From the NCBI GenBank assembly GCA_963815215.1, contig CAWFFU010000010.1, positions 295,863-359,862 of the forward strand: 64,000 bases of DNA. The letters are read 5' to 3'. Source of the stretch: an uncultured Trueperaceae bacterium. GTDB taxonomy: Bacteria; Deinococcota; Deinococci; Deinococcales; Trueperaceae. The notes under the pieces were generated by a model, which did no database searches, had not been told where the DNA came from, and worked only from the letters and a program-made list of their open reading frames with translations. Positions 12,359-23,149 of this stretch are shown here, one piece after another; positions within the stretch are counted from its first letter, which is position 1, and every line of letters starts with the position of its first letter. A program made the position numbers and the translations under genes.

Positions 12359-13890
12359 CGCTTCCCCGTGCCGCCGCTCGCCAGGGTGCCGGTCACGTAG
12401 CTCACAACGGCGTCGATCTGGTCGCTGTTGAGGCGCCCCTGGAAGCCCGGCATCATGCCGCGGCCGAAGCTCACGGCGTCCCGAACGTTGGGCGTGTTGG
12501 CCGCGCGAGGGTTGCCCGCCAGCGCGGGGCCGGAGCCCCCCTGACCGGCAGCGCCGTGGCAGGTGGCGCAGTTCGCCTCGAAGAGCTGTGCGCCATTGGG
12601 CGTGGGCGCCCCGGGCAGGACGGGGGCGGCAGCGCTGGTGTTCCCCTGCTGTCGCGCTTTGGCGCTGGCGATCAGGTCGGGTACGCGGCCCGCCTTGTCC
12701 GGCCCGCCCACCACCTTGACGTAGACGTTCCAGGTGTCGATGGCGTTCTGGTACTGCTGTTGGGTGAAGTAGGCGTTGCCGAGGATCAGCAGCGACGGCG
12801 CGTCTAGCTTCTCCGGCCCGCCCAGGTCCTGCGCGGCCCGGCGCAGCAGGGTGATGGCGTCACTGCTCCGGCCGCTCGTGAACAGCGCCTGACCGGTGCG
12901 GGTCAGGGCGGTGGTGTTGTCGGCGTTGGGTCCGGTGAGCACGCGGACGTAGACGTCGACGGCACGGTTCTTGTCGCCCTTCGTCCAGAAGGCGTCGGCC
13001 AGCGCCATGAGGTTGGCCTCACTGGGGTCGGCCTTCACCTTGTCCGCCAGCGGCTTCACCGCGTCGATGAGGGCGATCTGGCCCTTGGCCTGACTGTCGT
13101 TGGCGTTGCCGGGCGTGGCCAGGAAGTGTTGGAAAGCGCTCTTGGCCGCCGCCAGGTCGTTGCGGGCGAACGCCACCTGGCCCATCGCGTAGAGCGTCTC
13201 CGGATCGTCCGGGGAGACCGACAGCGCCTTCTGCAGGTACGTCTGCGCCTGTCCGAGGTCGCTCTGCAGGTAGACGGCGGCCAGGCGCTTGTAGGCCTCG
13301 ACCGGCACCGGCGAGATGGTGGCCACGACCTTCTTGTACGTGGCGACGGCCTGGTCGGTCTGCTGGTCGTTCCAATAGGCGTCGCCCAGCGCCAGCAGGT
13401 TCTTGGCGCTGGCGTCGGCCTTGACGGCTCGCTGCAGGGCCTCGATCTGCTTGGCGGCGCTGACGTCGGTGTTGGTGACGTTGGCGTTCGGGCCCACCCG
13501 CGGCAGCACCGAACCCGGCAGCACGGCGGCGGTGATCGCCACCAGCGCCAGCAGCGCCACCGCGCCGTAGGGGATGCGACGGGACCGTTCCCGCCGCCGC
13601 ACCGGCCGGCCGGCCAGCTCCGCCTCGCGCTCGTCGATGGCGCGCAACACGTGGGCGGCCTTGGCCTCGTAGCGGACGCGCAACTCGGTGCGGCTGCGCT
13701 CCGGGAGGTCCTGGCGTCCCTCCAGCTCGCGGATGGCGCGGAACAGCGCGTCACGCTCCTCCTCGAGGTCCTGCTGGATCGGGTCGCGGTCGTCGGGGAG
13801 GGGGTCGGCCTGGCCTGGGAGAAGCAGCGGCACAGCCACGTAGGCGAAGGCCACCAGAGCCAGCACCGCGATCACGATCAGGGTGGTCAT
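12355..13890 (-). CDS. CcmI-like membrane-anchored TPR protein fused to a C-terminal c-type cytochrome domain
   Basis: Two TM segments, TPR repeats, C-terminal CATCH heme motif and GRGMMPGF axial-Met motif; inside the ccm operon. Confidence 0.8.
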   Translation of the reverse strand: MTTLIVIAVLALVAFAYVAVPLLLPGQADPLPDDRDPIQQDLEEERDALFRAIRELEGRQDLPERSRTELRVRYEAKAAHVLRAIDEREAELAGRPVRRRERSRRIPYGAVALLALVAITAAVLPGSVLPRVGPNANVTNTDVSAAKQIEALQRAVKADASAKNLLALGDAYWNDQQTDQAVATYKKVVATISPVPVEAYKRLAAVYLQSDLGQAQTYLQKALSVSPDDPETLYAMGQVAFARNDLAAAKSAFQHFLATPGNANDSQAKGQIALIDAVKPLADKVKADPSEANLMALADAFWTKGDKNRAVDVYVRVLTGPNADNTTALTRTGQALFTSGRSSDAITLLRRAAQDLGGPEKLDAPSLLILGNAYFTQQQYQNAIDTWNVYVKVVGGPDKAGRVPDLIASAKARQQGNTSAAAPVLPGAPTPNGAQLFEANCATCHGAAGQGGSGPALAGNPRAANTPNVRDAVSFGRGMMPGFQGRLNSDQIDAVVSYVTGTLASGGTGKR

Positions 13891-14567
13891 CAGTTCTCGT
13901 CCTCGCGGCCGCGCAACGCTGCGCGCACCCGTTCCAGGTCTTCGTCGGGCGCCGCGGGGACGGCGTCGGCCGCCGCCCGCCAACGCCGCACCAGCACGAC
14001 AAGCGTGGCCACGCCGCTCAACAGGGCGAGCAGCGGCAGCAACCACACCACCAGGTGCAGCCCGGTCTTGGGCGGGTCGAGCAGGATCCAGTCTCCGTAG
14101 CGCTGGCGGAAGTAGCTCACGATCTGCTGCCGGTTCTTGCCGGCGTCGAGTTGCTGCTGGATGAGCCGGCGCATCTCGCCGGCGATCTCGGCATTGGAAT
14201 CCGCCACGGACTCGGCGGTGCACACCGGGCAGCGCAGCTCGCCGGCGATGGCGTAGGCGCGGTCGCTGATCTCGACGTCGGAGGGCGCGGCCGAAGTCCC
14301 CGTCGGGCTCGCTGTCGGGGTCGCTGTCGGGGTCGCTGTCGGGGTCCCTGTCGGGGCCGCTGTCGGGGTCGCGGGCGATGGCGTGGGCGTGGCTGCGGTG
14401 GGGGTTGCAGCGAGGGTTGCAGTGGGGGTCGCAGCGGGGGTTGCAGCGAGGGTCGCGGGCACGGAGGACGCCGCCGCCATCACGCCCACCGCCAAGAACG
14501 CCAGCCCAACGACGAGCGCCGGCGCCACCTTGCGCGATGCGATCCACCGGACGAGCGCTCGCATCAC
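13890..14567 (-). CDS. ccmH: Cytochrome c biogenesis protein CcmH
   Basis: LRCPVC, SVADS and RYGDWILLDPP motifs; Pro/Thr/Ala repeat linker. Confidence 0.92.
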   Translation of the reverse strand: MMRALVRWIASRKVAPALVVGLAFLAVGVMAAASSVPATLAATPAATPTATLAATPTAATPTPSPATPTAAPTGTPTATPTATPTASPTGTSAAPSDVEISDRAYAIAGELRCPVCTAESVADSNAEIAGEMRRLIQQQLDAGKNRQQIVSYFRQRYGDWILLDPPKTGLHLVVWLLPLLALLSGVATLVVLVRRWRAAADAVPAAPDEDLERVRAALRGREDEN

Positions 14568-15102
14568 TGCAGGATCGCCCCCAGCTCCTTGTCCATCACC
14601 TCAGGCGTGACGGGGCCGACCTGCTTGTACACCACGGTCCCCGAGCGATCGACGAAGTAGGTCTCCGGCACGCCGAACAGCGCGTACTCCACGCCGATGG
14701 AGCTGTCGTTGTCCATGCCCACCGGGAACGAGAAACCGAAGCGGCTGATGAACTGCCGGCCGGCATCGTACTTGCCGCGGTCCTGCGTCTGGATGCCCAC
14801 GAACAGCACTCCCTTGCCTCGGTAGCGCTGGTAGTACTGCTCCAACAGCGGCGCCTCCTCGAGGCAGGGGCCGCACCAGGAGGCCCAGAAGTTGATGACG
14901 AGGGGGGTGCCCTGGTGGGCGCTCGGCGAGAAGCTGTCGCCGTAGGTCGGCTGGTAGCGCTCGTACAGCGGCAGCGTGAACGGAGGTGCGGGCCGGCCGA
15001 TCAGGTTGGAAGGCACGTCGCGGTTGGGTGGGCCACGGAACAGGCCGTAGAGGAACAGCCCTGCCAGCACCGCGACCACCGCCACCACGACGAACAGCCG
15101 CT

Positions 15103-15106
<4 letters not shown>
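14564..15106 (-). CDS. ccmG: Thiol-disulfide oxidoreductase (CcmG/DsbE/TlpA)
   Basis: INFWASWCGPC and GVPETYFVD motifs; N-terminal membrane anchor. Confidence 0.88.
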
Positions 15107-17103
<1,997 letters not shown>

Positions 17104-17130
17104 AGGAGCCTCTCACGTGACCCGTGACCG

Positions 17131-17559
17131 CTACTGGAGCGTCTTCTTGAGCATGTTGACGTCGATGGGCTGTCCCGGCTGAGGCGGCTTGTAGTTGGCG
17201 CTGTGCTTCACCAGCAACTGGTCGCTCACGAACGTGCCCTTCTGGAAGCGCCCCTCGACCACCACGCCCTGGTTGGCCTTGAACAGGTCGGGCGGGGCGC
17301 CCTGGTAATCGACGGGGTAGGACTGGATGCTGTCGGTGATGATGAAGTGGAGCTGCAGCGTCTTGTCGTTGAAGTGCACCGTGCCGGCCTCGACCAGCCC
17401 GCCCAGCCGGATGCGGCGCCCCGCGAAGCCCGCCGGGTCCTTGGCGTACTCGTTGGGCAGCACGAAGTACACCAGCGAGTTGTTGAGGGCCTTGCTGATC
17501 ATGAAGCCGGCGACGCCGAGCACGGCGACGCCCAGGACGGCATAGGCGATCTTCTTCAA
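17131..17559 (-). CDS. ccmE: Heme chaperone CcmE
   Basis: RIRLGGLV, PDLFK, VVVEG and the HxxxY heme site (KHSANY). Confidence 0.93.
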   Translation of the reverse strand: MKKIAYAVLGVAVLGVAGFMISKALNNSLVYFVLPNEYAKDPAGFAGRRIRLGGLVEAGTVHFNDKTLQLHFIITDSIQSYPVDYQGAPPDLFKANQGVVVEGRFQKGTFVSDQLLVKHSANYKPPQPGQPIDVNMLKKTLQ

Positions 17560-17687
17560 GGTTCGTCCTCGCGTTCGGCGGCGCGGCGCGCGCGCCGCGC
17601 CAGGTACAGGCCGTACGCCGCGTAGGCGACGACGATCTCCAGCCAGCCGGCGGCGACCCAGCGCCAGTGTTGGGCGAGTTCAGACAC
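17556..17687 (-). CDS. ccmD: Heme exporter protein CcmD (43 aa, below ORF-track cutoff)
   Basis: GTG start overlaps the ccmC stop; MSELAQHWRWVAAGWLEIVVAYAAYGLYLARRARRAAEREDEP is a single TM helix plus basic tail; its stop overlaps the ccmE start. Confidence 0.75.
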   Translation of the reverse strand: MSELAQHWRWVAAGWLEIVVAYAAYGLYLARRARRAAEREDEP

Positions 17688-18411
17688 GGACGACCTCCCC
17701 GGCAGCGCCGTCCCCTTCGCGCCGCTCGCGGGCCTCCAGGCGCGCGTGCTCGAGCCGGGCGATGCGCACCCGCTCCGACACGAAGGTCAGATAGACGAGG
17801 GCCGCCACCCCCACGTTGAACAGCAGCACGAAGAGCATGATCGGCGCCACGGTGACGCCGGTGACGGCCACGCTCAGGGTGGGGTGAAGGGTGCGGAACC
17901 AGGCGGCCGCCAGGTAGTTGAACGGCAGGCTGACCGCCACGATGATGCCGATGACGGCGCTGACGCGCCCCCGACGCATGGGATCGTCGACGAGGCCGCG
18001 CACCACGAAGTAGCCCACCAGCAAGGCGAACATCAGCGCGGTGAGCGTCAGCTTGGCGTCCCAGGTCCAGTAGGTGTTGAGGGTGGGCTTGCTGTAGGTC
18101 ATGCCGCTCACCAGCGTGAGCGCGGCGAAGAAGGTGGCGATCTCGGCGTTGGCGACCGCGCGGGCGTCGTCGACGGGGCGCCCCCGCCACAGGAACGCCA
18201 TGCCGTACAGCGCCATCACGATGACGGCCACGAAGCACACCCAGGCCACCGAGACGTGCGCGTACATCATGCGGATCAGTTGCCCCTGGTTGACGTCAGG
18301 GGGGCTGACCACCAGCGCCAGGAAAGCACCGACACCGAACAGGATGAGGGTGGCGAGGCCCAGGATGCGCAGCCACAGCGGGCGCCCGGTGGCTTCCTGC
18401 CTTTGAGTCAT
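17680..18411 (-). CDS. ccmC: Heme exporter protein CcmC
   Basis: RMMYAHV, YWTWDAKLT (WWD motif) and WFRTLHP. Confidence 0.93.
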   Translation of the reverse strand: MTQRQEATGRPLWLRILGLATLILFGVGAFLALVVSPPDVNQGQLIRMMYAHVSVAWVCFVAVIVMALYGMAFLWRGRPVDDARAVANAEIATFFAALTLVSGMTYSKPTLNTYWTWDAKLTLTALMFALLVGYFVVRGLVDDPMRRGRVSAVIGIIVAVSLPFNYLAAAWFRTLHPTLSVAVTGVTVAPIMLFVLLFNVGVAALVYLTFVSERVRIARLEHARLEARERREGDGAAGEVVRV

Positions 18412-18510
18412 CGTCGCTCCTTCGGTCCGGGTCCCGAGGGACCCGGACCATAGTCTACGTTGCCGCCGTCCGGGGTCCGGTTGCAGCGTTGACCGATGTA
18501 GCCCCTTCCT

Positions 18511-19200
18511 TCACTCCTCCACGACAAGATGAAAGATCGCTGTGCAGGTGACGAAGTACACGAGGTCGAAACCGCCCAGGAGCTGCAACCAACCGCCCGC
18601 CAGGACGGCGTTGTGCAGGCTCATGAGAGATTCGCTGGAACGCACGGCGCCGAGCAGCACCGGCACCACCACCGGGAACATCAGCACCGGCAGCAGCGCC
18701 TCGCGCGCCTGCAGGTTGGCCGTCAGGGCGGCGTAGAAGGTGGCGACCACGGCGAACCCCAACGTCCCCAGCGTCAGCGTGACGGGCAGCAGCCACACGT
18801 CCGGTCCCGTCCCGGCGCCGTAGAGCATCAGCGTCACCGGCGCCATCAGCAGCCCCAGCGCCAGCAGGTACAGCCAGTTGGCCAGCAGCTTGCCCAGGAA
18901 CACCGACGCGCGCGGCACCGGGTACAACAGCAACTGGTCGAACGCGCCCTCCTCGAGGTCGGACTGGTAGCTCTGCGCCGCGGTGATGACGCCGGCGAAG
19001 GCGAGCGCCACCCACAGCACGCCGGGCGCGCTCCTGCGCAGCAGCTCCGCGTCCTGCCCCAGCGCGAACGCCATCATGATCAGCGTCACGGCGGAGAAGA
19101 ACAGCGTGGCGACGGTCACCGCCCGGCTGCGTACCTCCTGCAGGAGGTCCTTGCGGGCGATGGCGAGGACGGCGGCGACGTCCGCGCCGACACCGGTCAC
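18511..19200 (-). CDS. ccmB: Heme exporter permease CcmB
   Basis: KDLLQEVRSR, PGVLWV and REALLPVLMFPVVVPVL motifs; GTG at 19200. Confidence 0.92.
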   Translation of the reverse strand: MTGVGADVAAVLAIARKDLLQEVRSRAVTVATLFFSAVTLIMMAFALGQDAELLRRSAPGVLWVALAFAGVITAAQSYQSDLEEGAFDQLLLYPVPRASVFLGKLLANWLYLLALGLLMAPVTLMLYGAGTGPDVWLLPVTLTLGTLGFAVVATFYAALTANLQAREALLPVLMFPVVVPVLLGAVRSSESLMSLHNAVLAGGWLQLLGGFDLVYFVTCTAIFHLVVEE

Positions 19201-19961
19201 GGGGCGGCGCTCCGGCGCAGGGCGCCGTCGACGAGCTCCAGCACGGCGTCGGCGAAGCGGCCGCTGCGTTCGAGCTCGTGCGAGGCCATCAGTACCGTCC
19301 GGCCGCGCCGGCGCGCCGAAGCCAGCAGCTCGTCCAGGAGGTTCTTGCCGTCCTCGTCGAGGGCGGCGTAGGGCTCGTCCATCAACCACAGCGGTGGGTC
19401 GAGCAGTAGCAGGCGCGCCAGCCCCAGGCGCTTCTTCATGCCGCTGGAATAGGTGCGTACCAGCGTGTCGGCCACGTCGGACAGGCCGACGGTCGCCAGG
19501 GCGCCATCGACGGCGGCATCGACGCCGGCGGCCGCGAGGCCGCTCAGGGTGGCGGCCAGCCGCAGGTTCTCGCGCGCCGTCAGGACCGGATAGTTGCCCC
19601 CCAGCACGCTCACCAGGCCTACGCGGCGGCGCACCTCGTCGCCCTGCCGCTGCAGGTCGTAGCCGAACACCCAGCCGCGCCCGCGGTTGGGCCGTAGGCG
19701 GGTGGCGAGCACCCTCAGCAGGGTGGTCTTGCCGGCGCCGTTGCTGCCCCGCAGCACCGCGATCCGGCCGGCCGACATCTCCAGGCGCAGGTCGCGCAGC
19801 ACCAGCTCCCGGCCGAAGCGCTTGGCGATGCCGTCGAGCCGCAGCGCCAGCGCCGCCTCGGCGGTGCCGGGGCCCGTGGCGGTGGTGGACGGCGTGGCGG
19901 CGGCGGTCGCCTCCGGCGCGTGGGCCGATCGCGGTCCCGCCGCGGTGTCGGCGGGACTCAC
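19197..19961 (-). CDS. ccmA: Heme ABC exporter ATPase CcmA
   Basis: Walker A GSNGAGKTT, YSSGMKKRL signature, LMDEP; directly upstream of ccmB. Confidence 0.9.
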   Translation of the reverse strand: MSPADTAAGPRSAHAPEATAAATPSTTATGPGTAEAALALRLDGIAKRFGRELVLRDLRLEMSAGRIAVLRGSNGAGKTTLLRVLATRLRPNRGRGWVFGYDLQRQGDEVRRRVGLVSVLGGNYPVLTARENLRLAATLSGLAAAGVDAAVDGALATVGLSDVADTLVRTYSSGMKKRLGLARLLLLDPPLWLMDEPYAALDEDGKNLLDELLASARRRGRTVLMASHELERSGRFADAVLELVDGALRRSAAP

Positions 19962-20746
19962 AGCCGCGAGAGCAGCCAACGCGGCGTCACCTGGGACAGG
20001 TAGGTGTTGAGCTGGGTGTAGGTACCGGTGACCATCAGCAGCCCGGCGACGAGGAGCAGCGCGCCGGCGGCGCGCTCGACCCAGGGCAGGTAGGCGCGGA
20101 AGCGCTTGGAGAACAGCAGGAAGGGCTCGAGCGCCAGCGCCGCGACCAGGAACGGCACGGCCAGCCCGAGCGCGTACACCGCCAGCAGCGCCACGCCCTG
20201 CGCCAGCGTGCCCGACGCCCCCGCCAGCGTGAGGATGCCGCCGAGGATGGGGCCGATGCACGGCGACCAGCCGGCCGCGAACGCCATCCCGAGCAGCAGC
20301 GCGCCCCACGGACGGGCGGTCTGGCCGCGGTAGCGCAGGCGGGCGTCACGGTACAGGAACGGCACCTTCAGCACCCCCAGCATGACCAGGCCGAAGAGCG
20401 CCACCACGACGCCGGCGGCGACGGCGAGAACGTCGCGGTGCTGGCGCAGCACCGCGCCAAGCAGGCTGGCCGAGGCGCCCATGGCGATGAACACCAGCGT
20501 GAAGCCGGCGATGAACAGCAGGCTCTGGCGCAGCAACACCCGGCGGCTGCCGGCCACCGCGGCGGCGGAGGCCGCGCCCCGGCCGCCTCCGGAAGCTCCG
20601 CCGACGCTGCCGCCGACGCTGCCGCCGACGCTGCCGCCGACGCTGCCCCCCACGAACGCGAGGTAGCTCGGCACCAGCGGGAACACGCACGGCGACAGGA
20701 ACGACAGCAGCCCCGCCAGGAAGGCGAGTGGCAGACTCGGGATCAT
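19958..20746 (-). CDS. ccdA: Cytochrome c biogenesis protein CcdA
   Basis: SFLSPCVFPLVPSY and GWSPCIGPILG motifs; contains a GGSV repeat insert. Confidence 0.93.
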   Translation of the reverse strand: MIPSLPLAFLAGLLSFLSPCVFPLVPSYLAFVGGSVGGSVGGSVGGSVGGASGGGRGAASAAAVAGSRRVLLRQSLLFIAGFTLVFIAMGASASLLGAVLRQHRDVLAVAAGVVVALFGLVMLGVLKVPFLYRDARLRYRGQTARPWGALLLGMAFAAGWSPCIGPILGGILTLAGASGTLAQGVALLAVYALGLAVPFLVAALALEPFLLFSKRFRAYLPWVERAAGALLLVAGLLMVTGTYTQLNTYLSQVTPRWLLSRL

Positions 20747-20865
20747 CGCTCGCTCCCCGAGCGGGCCGCCGCGGGGCGCGGCGGGACCCGGGTTGCGGCC
20801 GGGCGGCGGGACGGGCGGAGGCTCACCCCGTCAGTATGGCCTATCGACGTGACGGGCGTCGTTCG

Positions 20866-20957
20866 CCGTTGCGGACACGGCCGTTCCCGACACGGGCGTT
20901 CCCGACACGGGCCGTTCTCGACACGGGCGGTCGTGGACATGGGCGGTCGCGGACAGG
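20866..20957. repeat. Degenerate 15-16 bp tandem repeat, about 6 copies, intergenic upstream of ccdA
   Basis: ccgttgcggacacgg / ccgttcccgacacgg / gcgttcccgacacgg / ccgttctcgacacgg followed by two weaker copies; no spacers. Confidence 0.75.
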
Positions 20958-21100
20958 ACAGCGCCCGGCGTGTTCGCCGGGCGCTGCGTGGGGCCGTGGG
21001 GCCCGCCAGGGGGGAGAGGGGGGACGGGATGGGGTGGAGCGGTCGGCCGCTGGGCCGGCGCTCCGACGGCAGGCTCAGGCTGCGGGCGCAGCTTGCGGGC

Positions 21101-21640
21101 TCAGGCCGCGGAGCTGCTGGTCAGGTGTGCCGTGACGTTGGCGCCCATCTGGTGGAACACCGCGCGCAGCTGCATGCCGTTCATGGTGAAGGTGTAGACC
21201 GCCAGGTCGGTGCTGTTGGACGCGTCCTGGGTGCTCTTGAAGCCGAGCGCGTCGAGGCTCTTCACGTAGTCGGCGACGACGTTGCCGAGCGTGGCGGAGC
21301 CGTGCGTGACGGTGAACCCGGTGGTCTGGCCGCCGTTGCTGGTGGTGCTCACGTCGGCGAGGTTGGCCAGCGTCGGGTAGACGGTGGCGCCGTCCGCGTT
21401 GGTGGTCGAGCCGGGGAGCGCCAGCGTGATGCTGGGCAGGCTGCTCACCGGCGCGCCGCTGGCGAGGTTCACCTGGAGCTGGTCACCCTTCATGGCGAAG
21501 CCGATGTAGCCGGTGGTCAGCGTCAAGTCGGTGAAGTTGAAGCCGCTGGTGTTGAACACGAAGGTAGCGGGGGCTGCCGAGGCGAAGGCGACGGAGAGAA
21601 GGGCGATGAGCCCGAGGGGCATGAGAAGGGCACGTTTCAT
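21101..21640 (-). CDS. Secreted Thr/Ser-rich hypothetical protein
   Basis: ATG at 21640 with AAGGAG RBS; MKRALLMPLGLIALLSVAFA signal peptide. Confidence 0.75.
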   Translation of the reverse strand: MKRALLMPLGLIALLSVAFASAAPATFVFNTSGFNFTDLTLTTGYIGFAMKGDQLQVNLASGAPVSSLPSITLALPGSTTNADGATVYPTLANLADVSTTSNGGQTTGFTVTHGSATLGNVVADYVKSLDALGFKSTQDASNSTDLAVYTFTMNGMQLRAVFHQMGANVTAHLTSSSAA

Positions 21641-21915
21641 GACGACTCCTTGGTGCGCGCCGTGAAGGCACGCGGTGCGAGGGTTCCTGCTGGGACGTCG
21701 GCCGGGAGGCCGGGTCCGGGCCCTCCGCCCGGAACCACATGCAGTGTGCGACCGAGCTGTGAAGGAGCGATTGCATCGGCGTGCAAAGGCCGTGCAATTG
21801 CGGTGAGGTCGGCGTGAGGTGCCGCTGAGATGTGCCCGAGGGCGTGCAGGAAGCGTGCAGGGAAGATGCCGTGGGGGGTGCAGCGATGGCGTTGCTCTGG
21901 CGCGCGGCGGCGAGC

Positions 21916-22995
21916 TCAGCGGCCGCCGGGCCCGTCCGCCCCGGGCGGCGGTTCGCGCGGCGGCTCGCTCGCGGGTCCGCCGGTCGCCCCGCCCGTCGCT
22001 TCGCCAGGGGCCTCGTCCGACGCGTCGGACGGAGCGTCGGTCCCGCCGCGCGGGCGCGAGCGCGAACGCAGCAGCACCGTGCCCCCCAGGGCGGGCCCGA
22101 TGGCGTAGCGGCTGTAGTAGGTGAGCAGGCGCCAGGCCAGGATGGCCGCGCCCACCTGCCCGGTCGTGCCCTCGGCGGCGAAGAGCGAGGCTGCGGCGAT
22201 CTCCAGCAGCCCGGCGCCGCCCGGCGTGGGGAACAGGAAGGAGATCACCATCGGGAGCTGCACCGCCGCCAGCGTCGGCAGCAGCGGCGGGTTCCCTCCC
22301 AACCCAGCCACCATCACGTAGAAGGCCAGGAAGGTCGCCAGGTAGAGCCCTGCCGTGAGGAGGTGGAGCACCGCCTGCAGGCCGATGCCGCGCCGCGACA
22401 GGCGGCCGGTGGCGGCCGCCACGCGGTCGAGGAAGTCGAGCGCGCCGGCGCGCCAGCGCCGGAGCCAGGCGATGCGCATGACGGGGCCGACGATGGCCTT
22501 CACCCAGAGCAAGCGGTAGGCGAGGAGGTAGTTCAGTGTCAGGAACGCCATCCCCAGCAGTACCGCCAGCAGCACCGGGGACGTCCCGCCCAGCAGGTCG
22601 GTGGAGTGCCCCAGCACCACCAGGCCGATCGGCACCGACCAGGTCAGGAAGAACAGGTCGACCACCCACACGTAGACGTTCACCGACCAGGCGCGGGCCG
22701 CCGGCAGCCCGTCCCGGACCAGCGACAGCACCACCGCCGGCGCCTGACCGCTGCCGCCCGGCGTGATGGCGGCGCTCAGAAGGCCCAGTGCGTAGGCGCG
22801 CAGCGCCCGCGCGAACCCCACCGGCTGCCCCGTCAGACGGGTGAGCAGCGTCAGCCGCAAGGCGCCGAGGAGGTAGTTCAGGGCGGTCAGCCCGGCCCCG
22901 GCCAGCCACGCCCAGACGGGAACCTGCGCGACCGAGGTGACGCTCTCGCCGAGCCACCAGAACGTCGCCAGGACGCCCAGAACGCCCAGGATCAC
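21916..22995 (-). CDS. YbhN/LPG_synthase_TM (flippase-like) membrane protein
   Basis: AITPGGSGQAP, PTPGGAGLLE and LAWRLLTYY motifs; start uncertain. Confidence 0.82.
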   Translation of the reverse strand: MILGVLGVLATFWWLGESVTSVAQVPVWAWLAGAGLTALNYLLGALRLTLLTRLTGQPVGFARALRAYALGLLSAAITPGGSGQAPAVVLSLVRDGLPAARAWSVNVYVWVVDLFFLTWSVPIGLVVLGHSTDLLGGTSPVLLAVLLGMAFLTLNYLLAYRLLWVKAIVGPVMRIAWLRRWRAGALDFLDRVAAATGRLSRRGIGLQAVLHLLTAGLYLATFLAFYVMVAGLGGNPPLLPTLAAVQLPMVISFLFPTPGGAGLLEIAAASLFAAEGTTGQVGAAILAWRLLTYYSRYAIGPALGGTVLLRSRSRPRGGTDAPSDASDEAPGEATGGATGGPASEPPREPPPGADGPGGR

Positions 22996-23149
22996 CGAGA
23001 GGGCGACGGCTCGTGCGATGGTGGGACCCCTTCCTGCGGCGGGGACGGCGCCCGGCGCGAGCGGCGTGGCGCCGGCCGGCAGGGCGTTCCCCGAGCTGCG
23101 CTGCGCCGGTCACTCTACCAAGCGGGGGTCGGTTGCGCCGTCGCCGACG

